Positions 8,287 through 13,093 of a stretch of 13,093 nt of DNA are shown here, piece after piece (position 1 is the first letter of the stretch; every line of letters begins with the position of its first letter). The stretch is from an uncultured archaeon (lineage in GTDB: Archaea; Asgardarchaeota; Lokiarchaeia; Sigyniarchaeales; SOKP01). A program made the position numbers and the translations under genes. The DNA lies in assembly GCA_964447495.1 (NCBI GenBank), contig CAYUTF010000087.1:1-13093 (forward strand), given 5' to 3'. The notes under the pieces were generated by a model, which did not search any database, had not been told where the DNA came from, and was given only the letters and a program-made list of their open reading frames with translations.

Positions 8287-8775
8287 ATGAGAAATTTAAA
8301 ATTAAAAGGATTAAAATATAATAAGGGAAAATACGCTTTATATGATAATCGATTTATTTTTTTCCCTCCTCAGATAATTGATATACTTTCATCAATTTAT
8401 GGCGAGGGTGTTAAATCTTTATTAGTATGGCTAGGTAAAAAAGCAGGTTGGGCACTTATTCAAAATTGGGACGAGCATTTAAAATCAAAAACTATAAATG
8501 ACCTTGTAAGTCAATTTTGTAATATTTTAAGTAACCATGGATGGGGTAAATTTATAGCAAAGCAAATTTCTGAAGATTTAATCATTATTGAAATATATCA
8601 TAATGTATCTACTGTACTAGAAGGAAATTCCAAAAATGTTTGTTATTTCTTAACGGGTTTATTAACGGGTTTTGGAGAATATGTACTATACCGGGTAAAT
8701 GTCACAGAATCAGAATGTTCTATAAATAATTCCACCTTGGAATCTTGTAAATTTAAGATTGAAAAATTAGAGTAA
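8287..8775 (+). CDS. Stand-alone V4R (4-vinyl reductase; Bet3/TRAPP-related fold) domain protein
   Basis: Motifs LLVWLGKKAG, HGWGKF, CYFLTGLLTG, VTESEC and CKFKI give the V4R C...E.xC...C Zn-ligand pattern. Confidence 0.85.
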   Translation: MRNLKLKGLKYNKGKYALYDNRFIFFPPQIIDILSSIYGEGVKSLLVWLGKKAGWALIQNWDEHLKSKTINDLVSQFCNILSNHGWGKFIAKQISEDLIIIEIYHNVSTVLEGNSKNVCYFLTGLLTGFGEYVLYRVNVTESECSINNSTLESCKFKIEKLE

Positions 8776-8784
8776 AATATAAAT

Positions 8785-9174
8785 TTACCATGGGTCCCAT
8801 TCCTCAGGATTTAATTGGTTATCAGAATTCTTTTTTTCAAAGATATCTGAAGATTCAGAATTTTCAGTAAGTAAACTTTCTTTATATTCTTCTGGTTCTT
8901 TAATGTCTTCCTGTTGTTCTACGTTAATTTGGTCTTGCTCTGAAAAAATAGATTCATCTCCAATTACAACCTCTTTAAAAGCTGAGATCAACGAAAGAAA
9001 ATTAAAAAATTCCTCTTTGTTCATTTCTGTCATAATAGAACTATCATCTTTAAATAAAGTCAATTTAATTGCTCTGACTTCACCGCTAATTTCAACTGAT
9101 GTCAACTCAATATTCTCATTTTTTCTTTTTAACTGTATTTTCCAAGAAGTTTCTCTTGTTTTTTCAATTTCCAT
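8785..9174 (-). CDS. Hypothetical protein: small beta-beta-beta-beta-alpha domain plus an acidic disordered tail ending EEWDPW (possible PC4/PUR-like ssDNA-binding protein)
   Basis: Residues ~9-50 show alternating polar/hydrophobic beta patterns, followed by the helix MNKEEFFNFLSLISAFKEVV and ~55 residues rich in D/E/S/N. The function is inferred. Confidence 0.7.
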   Translation of the reverse strand: MEIEKTRETSWKIQLKRKNENIELTSVEISGEVRAIKLTLFKDDSSIMTEMNKEEFFNFLSLISAFKEVVIGDESIFSEQDQINVEQQEDIKEPEEYKESLLTENSESSDIFEKKNSDNQLNPEEWDPW

Positions 9175-9381
9175 GCTTATTAAATCTCATTTAAATTAAT
9201 TATAAATCACTAATCTTATAAAAATTAATAAATTTAAAATTTTATTTCTTAGGATATGAGATATAATATAAAAAAATATAAATAAATTATTTATTCAATT
9301 TTTTTATTCTAAATAGAATAAGATAATTTATCTCTAGAGCTTTCAAATCAATGTATATAGTAGCAATCTAATGGAATATCA

Positions 9382-10038
9382 TTATAAAAGTAATAAATAA
9401 TATACAATAATTATGATTATAATCAGTGGAGGTCTATATTGAGTTAAAATCTGTATTTTTTTGGTTTTATAATTAAAATATAAATCTAAACTCTTTATAT
9501 TATACTTATCACTAAAGGGAAAAAACAAATCTGAAATATTATAAAATTTATAAAAAGAAATTATATAAATTTGATAACTTTTTGAAATTTTTTTATTTGT
9601 CATAAAGAGTATTTTGAATGAAACTTTATTTTTGAAAAATTTATTAATCAAAAAATTGAAACCTGCAAAAAAAGAATAAAATATTAAAAACAAATTAAGA
9701 TATGAAAAAATTAGTGTAAAATTACTATAATTAATAGGAATTAGAAGAAATAATATTATTAGTAATTTCCCATCCGCCCCTCCTATAATTTTAAGGTTAA
9801 ATAAGAAGACAGAAATAATAAGAGTTAAAAATAGAATCAAAAATTTTGTTGTAAAAAATAGAATCAATGATTTAGAACTAAATACTAAATCTATAGAATT
9901 TATGGCAATTATTATAAACACAGTATATTTAAAGAAATAATTTGGGATTCTTCGAAATTTTATATCTAAATACAAACTGTAGAACATCAATATATTGATA
10001 ATAATGAAACTTAAAATAAATATTAAATAATTTATCAT
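9382..10038 (-). CDS. Prepilin/preflagellin peptidase, A24 family (PibD/FlaK/EppA-like GxGD aspartyl intramembrane protease)
   Basis: First catalytic Asp in SLYLDIKFRRIPN, second in IIGGADGKLL; multiple TM helices; the C-terminal QYRPPLIIII segment is like the archaeal PepC C-terminal tail. The in-frame ATG at 10038, 7 bp after the HTH stop, is preferred to the ORF-track TTG at 10065. Confidence 0.88.
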   Translation of the reverse strand: MINYLIFILSFIIINILMFYSLYLDIKFRRIPNYFFKYTVFIIIAINSIDLVFSSKSLILFFTTKFLILFLTLIISVFLFNLKIIGGADGKLLIILFLLIPINYSNFTLIFSYLNLFLIFYSFFAGFNFLINKFFKNKVSFKILFMTNKKISKSYQIYIISFYKFYNISDLFFPFSDKYNIKSLDLYFNYKTKKIQILTQYRPPLIIIIIIVYYLLLL

Positions 10039-10045
10039 ATTAAAA

Positions 10046-10333
10046 TTAATCTTCCCAAATTTCAATAAATCTCTTTAAGCTCTTTGCTTTTATATTTTCA
10101 ATTTTGTATCTAAATATTTTTATTCTCCCAAAATTCTTTTCTTGGACAAGATTTAACGATTTTAAATAATTAAGATGTTTACTAACACATGAATGATTTA
10201 AGTTTGTATTTTTAATGATTTGAGATATTGATTGTTCGAGATTTAAAGCTAAAACTTTTAATATTTTACTCCTAGCTTTTGATCCAAATAAATTTTCAAA
10301 TTTAAAGCAATCTCTTTCATTTTCTAAATTCAA
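10046..10333 (-). CDS. Winged helix-turn-helix transcriptional regulator (ArsR-like)
   Basis: LFGSKARSKILKVLA, SISQIIKNTNLNHSCVSKHLNYL (HTH), LVQEKNFGRIKIFRY (wing). The TTG start overlaps the cdc6 TGA stop (TTGA, 10330-10333). Confidence 0.88.
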   Translation of the reverse strand: MNLENERDCFKFENLFGSKARSKILKVLALNLEQSISQIIKNTNLNHSCVSKHLNYLKSLNLVQEKNFGRIKIFRYKIENIKAKSLKRFIEIWED

Positions 10334-11535
10334 GGCCTAATCCCTTTAGTTTTTAAAGTACTCATTATTAAATTTTCAAATTTTACTAACGGAATATCTT
10401 GAATTTCAATATAAGCTTTTCTTCCTTTTATCGCTTCACTTTTAATATTCAAAATGATTATATCTTCCTTTTCAAACTCCTTAAGATAGTTCCATAATTG
10501 TGAATAAGATCGTGCTTTCAATCCTAAATTCTCACAAAAAATATTATAGAGACTTAATATATCCGAAATTGAAATTTTTGATTTTTCGGTTTTCTTTAAA
10601 ATTTTAATAATACTTAACAAAAAGATTAATTTCTGAATAGATAAGTATCTTATAGCGTCTTGAGTTGAAAATGATATTAAATCTTGATTTCCAACTCTAA
10701 CACATTCTGAAGTTATATACTTTAAATTTCTACTTTCAGCAAATTTACTGGCTTTCCATAAAAGGTTTAAACCATATCTTATATCTCCCACTTTAAAAAC
10801 AGTATCAGATACCATCTCAATGATATCATCTGAGATTATATTTTCCTTTAAACTAATTCCTGCTCTATATTTCATAATATCAAATGTCTGCGCTTTTGTG
10901 TAGTTTTCAAATTTCAATATATTTCTCTGCAAGGTACTCATCGTACTAACATCTAAACTATTTATACATGAGATATCTCTAACTATCCCAATAATAGAAA
11001 TTCTTTGTTGTGCATTGACCATATCATCATTAATTCTAGTGAGAGAATAAATTAAGTCCCCTCCTTTATGAATTAAATAGCTAAACTCATCTAAAACTAT
11101 TAAAAGATGTATATCATGATTATTAAGATATTCTGTAAGAAATTCTAAAATATCCTGAGGAGAATAACCCCTTTTAGGGAAATTTTTATATAGTGAATGA
11201 ATAACTTTAATTATAACTTTATAATTAGTTCTTTCTTTTCTACAGTTAATGTGAACATATTTTATTTGAACATCTCTTTTACTTGAAGCCTCAACTAACA
11301 TATTTCCAAATAGCTTGACCGTCGCGGTTTTCCCTATACCTGTTTTACCAGTTATCAATATTTTTCTTGATATAGAATTTGGGTTAGTAATAAGTGTTAA
11401 GAATAATTGAGATAATATCGTAAGTTCTTTCTCTCTATGTGGCAATTCTTTAGGAACATAATTAATATCTAGTGCACTTTCATTAGCAAAAATAGAGGGC
11501 TTTTTTAATAAATTCTCAAAATAATCTGTAGTCAT
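10330..11535 (-). CDS. cdc6: Orc1/Cdc6 family AAA+ replication-initiator homolog, resembling the Orc1-2/Cdc6-2 clade
   Basis: YVPKELPHREKE, Walker A GKTGIGKT, YVHINC, Walker B LIVLDEF, sensor-2 GDIRYGL, and a C-terminal winged helix (YSQLWNYLKEF...KGRK). Confidence 0.95.
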   Translation of the reverse strand: MTTDYFENLLKKPSIFANESALDINYVPKELPHREKELTILSQLFLTLITNPNSISRKILITGKTGIGKTATVKLFGNMLVEASSKRDVQIKYVHINCRKERTNYKVIIKVIHSLYKNFPKRGYSPQDILEFLTEYLNNHDIHLLIVLDEFSYLIHKGGDLIYSLTRINDDMVNAQQRISIIGIVRDISCINSLDVSTMSTLQRNILKFENYTKAQTFDIMKYRAGISLKENIISDDIIEMVSDTVFKVGDIRYGLNLLWKASKFAESRNLKYITSECVRVGNQDLISFSTQDAIRYLSIQKLIFLLSIIKILKKTEKSKISISDILSLYNIFCENLGLKARSYSQLWNYLKEFEKEDIIILNIKSEAIKGRKAYIEIQDIPLVKFENLIMSTLKTKGIRP

Positions 11536-11673
11536 TGAAAATAACCGAAAAAATTAATATTAGAATTAAGATGCTTATTGTTTTTAATAGAATACAGAGT
11601 AAAAATTTTTCATTATAATTAATAAATAATTTATATTGAAGAACTAATAATTCCCTTTAAAATAATCTATTAA

Positions 11674-11690
11674 AATCTTTTTAAAAGATT
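11674..11690. promoter_or_regulatory. Perfect 8-1-8 inverted repeat AATCTTTT-T-AAAAGATT upstream of cdc6; candidate operator
   Basis: Arms at 11674-11681 and 11683-11690, in the 282-bp intergenic region about 140 bp upstream of the cdc6 ATG. The function is inferred. Confidence 0.35.
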
Positions 11691-11817
11691 ATTGAAATAT
11701 AGATATCTCAAAATAGAATCATATATTGATTATGTCGGTCAAGTTAATATAAGAAATGTATAAAAAATTCACTTAATTTTAAATTTACTATAAAATCGCC
11801 CTTCATTTAATAATTTA

Positions 11818-13059
11818 TCAAAATTTAAAGAATATTTCATTTACTTTTTTGAATCTTGGTTTCTTTTTCTTGTAATGATAAATATAATTTGCAATTACTA
11901 TTATAATAAAAACGCTACCCATTAAAATAACTAATAAGGAAATCAAGGAATTATAATTAGGAAGAGAAACCGTCAACATCTCGAAATTTAAAACTAAAAT
12001 TTTATAATTTAGTAATTTACTTCCATTGTAGACTAGTTGAAGATAAAATCTATAATCTTCTTGATTTATTTCATAAATTGGTGATGAAATGTTTATTTTT
12101 AAAAATCCGAAAGTGTCAATATTGAAAATTTTCTGGTATTTTATGCCAAGATTATCATAAATCATAACTCTTATGGGTTCATTTCTTAATGGGACAATTG
12201 ATTCGTTAAAATAATAAAAAAAAAGTTCTAATTCTATTTGTTCAGAACCTCTAAATTTGTTATTATACTTTAAGATGTCAATATATATAGGCGTCTTTTC
12301 TACTACTATTTCATAATAAAAAACAGTTCGATTGTAGATAATACCGTTTGAGACGTTAAAGATTAGTTTATTTATTCCAAGCCTCATATCATTAATAGAT
12401 GATAGATATAAGGAAATAATTCCATAATCATTTGAAGTATAGGTTTTTTGATAAATCATTGAATTATTTGACAAAATATAGAAATTAATATCATGTCCAC
12501 TTAAATTACTATTCGTATTATCGCTATAGAAATGAGCGTTAAACGATAAATTCTTACCAAGAATAACCTTTTCAGTAAAATTAAATAGCTCACAGGCTAA
12601 ATTTCTTTTAAAAATCGTTAGGTATAATGCTTCAAGAATTATTAGTTCCATATCCCCTCCATTAAATTCATTGAAATAAACTGCTTTAATAGAAATAATA
12701 TTTGAGTAGTAGTTAAAATTTAAATTAAGATTTCTTATGATAATAGTCCAATTTTCTTCAAAAACCCCCTTTCCATCAAATTCTGATGAATTCCAAAGTA
12801 ATGAATCCAATTCATCATAGATACGTATTTGAAAGTAAGGGTCATCATCTTCAACATAATCAAAATCCCAAGAAGCTTCAATTTCTATAACTTCATCCGC
12901 ATAATAGAAATCTTTATCCGTTCTTAAATATATTACTTGGCATATTAATGCTTTTGAAAATTGTCCACTAACCATAATTGATAAAAAAAGACATAATGCT
13001 ATGAAGAAAGTTTTTTTTCGTTTCACGTTATGTTTTTTAAATAATTTATAAAAACTCAT
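11818..13059 (-). CDS. Secreted, C-terminally membrane-anchored surface glycoprotein with about three Ig-like beta-sandwich repeats
   Basis: Basic N-region plus hydrophobic signal (KRKKTFFIALCLFLSIMVSGQFSKA); TDKDFYYADEVIEI domain start; two similar repeats (IYQKTYTSNDYGIISLYLSS / KYQKIFNIDTFGFLKINISS); C-terminal TM helix followed by KKKKPRFKK; 11 N-x-S/T sequons counted by eye. Confidence 0.8.
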   Translation of the reverse strand: MSFYKLFKKHNVKRKKTFFIALCLFLSIMVSGQFSKALICQVIYLRTDKDFYYADEVIEIEASWDFDYVEDDDPYFQIRIYDELDSLLWNSSEFDGKGVFEENWTIIIRNLNLNFNYYSNIISIKAVYFNEFNGGDMELIILEALYLTIFKRNLACELFNFTEKVILGKNLSFNAHFYSDNTNSNLSGHDINFYILSNNSMIYQKTYTSNDYGIISLYLSSINDMRLGINKLIFNVSNGIIYNRTVFYYEIVVEKTPIYIDILKYNNKFRGSEQIELELFFYYFNESIVPLRNEPIRVMIYDNLGIKYQKIFNIDTFGFLKINISSPIYEINQEDYRFYLQLVYNGSKLLNYKILVLNFEMLTVSLPNYNSLISLLVILMGSVFIIIVIANYIYHYKKKKPRFKKVNEIFFKF

Positions 13060-13093
13060 AGATTTCCAAAAAAATTTTAATCTATAAAATATT

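Noticed and set aside
8903-9199. 98-aa + strand ORF from the ORF track
   Set aside because: Antisense to the 129-aa gene; its Ser/Leu/Ile-rich composition is what the complement of Glu/Lys/Asp codons produces.
3665-10065. Horizontally acquired island or conjugative element (VirB11-like ATPase; visibly lower GC than the rpl genes)
   Set aside because: No integrase, transposase, relaxase, VirB4/VirD4, att repeats or tRNA seen; the GC contrast is adequately explained by the amino-acid and codon bias of ribosomal genes.
11536-11817. Replication origin (oriC) next to cdc6
   Set aside because: AT-rich, but no ORB or mini-ORB repeats (TTCCAxTGGAA, G-string) are visible and the region is short. A non-canonical origin cannot be excluded, but there is no positive evidence.
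1-13093. CRISPR arrays, tRNA/rRNA genes, tandem repeats
   Set aside because: Intergenic gaps are all under 300 bp and AT-rich, with no regularly spaced repeats or GC-rich structured segments seen by eye.

Overview
Very AT-rich archaeal DNA, most likely from an Asgard (Lokiarchaeia-like) genome. This is inferred from a eukaryote-like uL3 sequence, a stand-alone V4R gene and the composition. In order, the window holds: the 5' end of a GHMP-kinase gene missed by the ORF track (1-118, -), an unknown 398-aa protein, and a short rpl3-rpl4-rpl23 block. Transcribed divergently from that block is a type IV pilus/Tad-like cassette: a VirB11/TadA ATPase with a Cys-rich N-terminus, a leaderless pilin-like protein and a double-domain TadB/C (FlaJ-like) platform. 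Then come a small membrane protein, a V4R protein, and a small protein with an acidic tail ending EEWDPW. Last are a tight orc1/cdc6 - winged-HTH - prepilin peptidase operon and a membrane-anchored Ig-like surface protein. The most interesting signal is that the Cdc6 resembles the Orc1-2 (Cdc6-2) clade, the DNA-damage regulator that controls Ups pili in Sulfolobus. It appears co-transcribed with a transcription factor and the prepilin peptidase, next to a pilus cassette and a possible ssDNA-binding protein. This suggests a DNA-damage/replication-coupled pilus (cell-contact or DNA-exchange) system in Asgard archaea. All family assignments come from motif recognition only; no database search was run.
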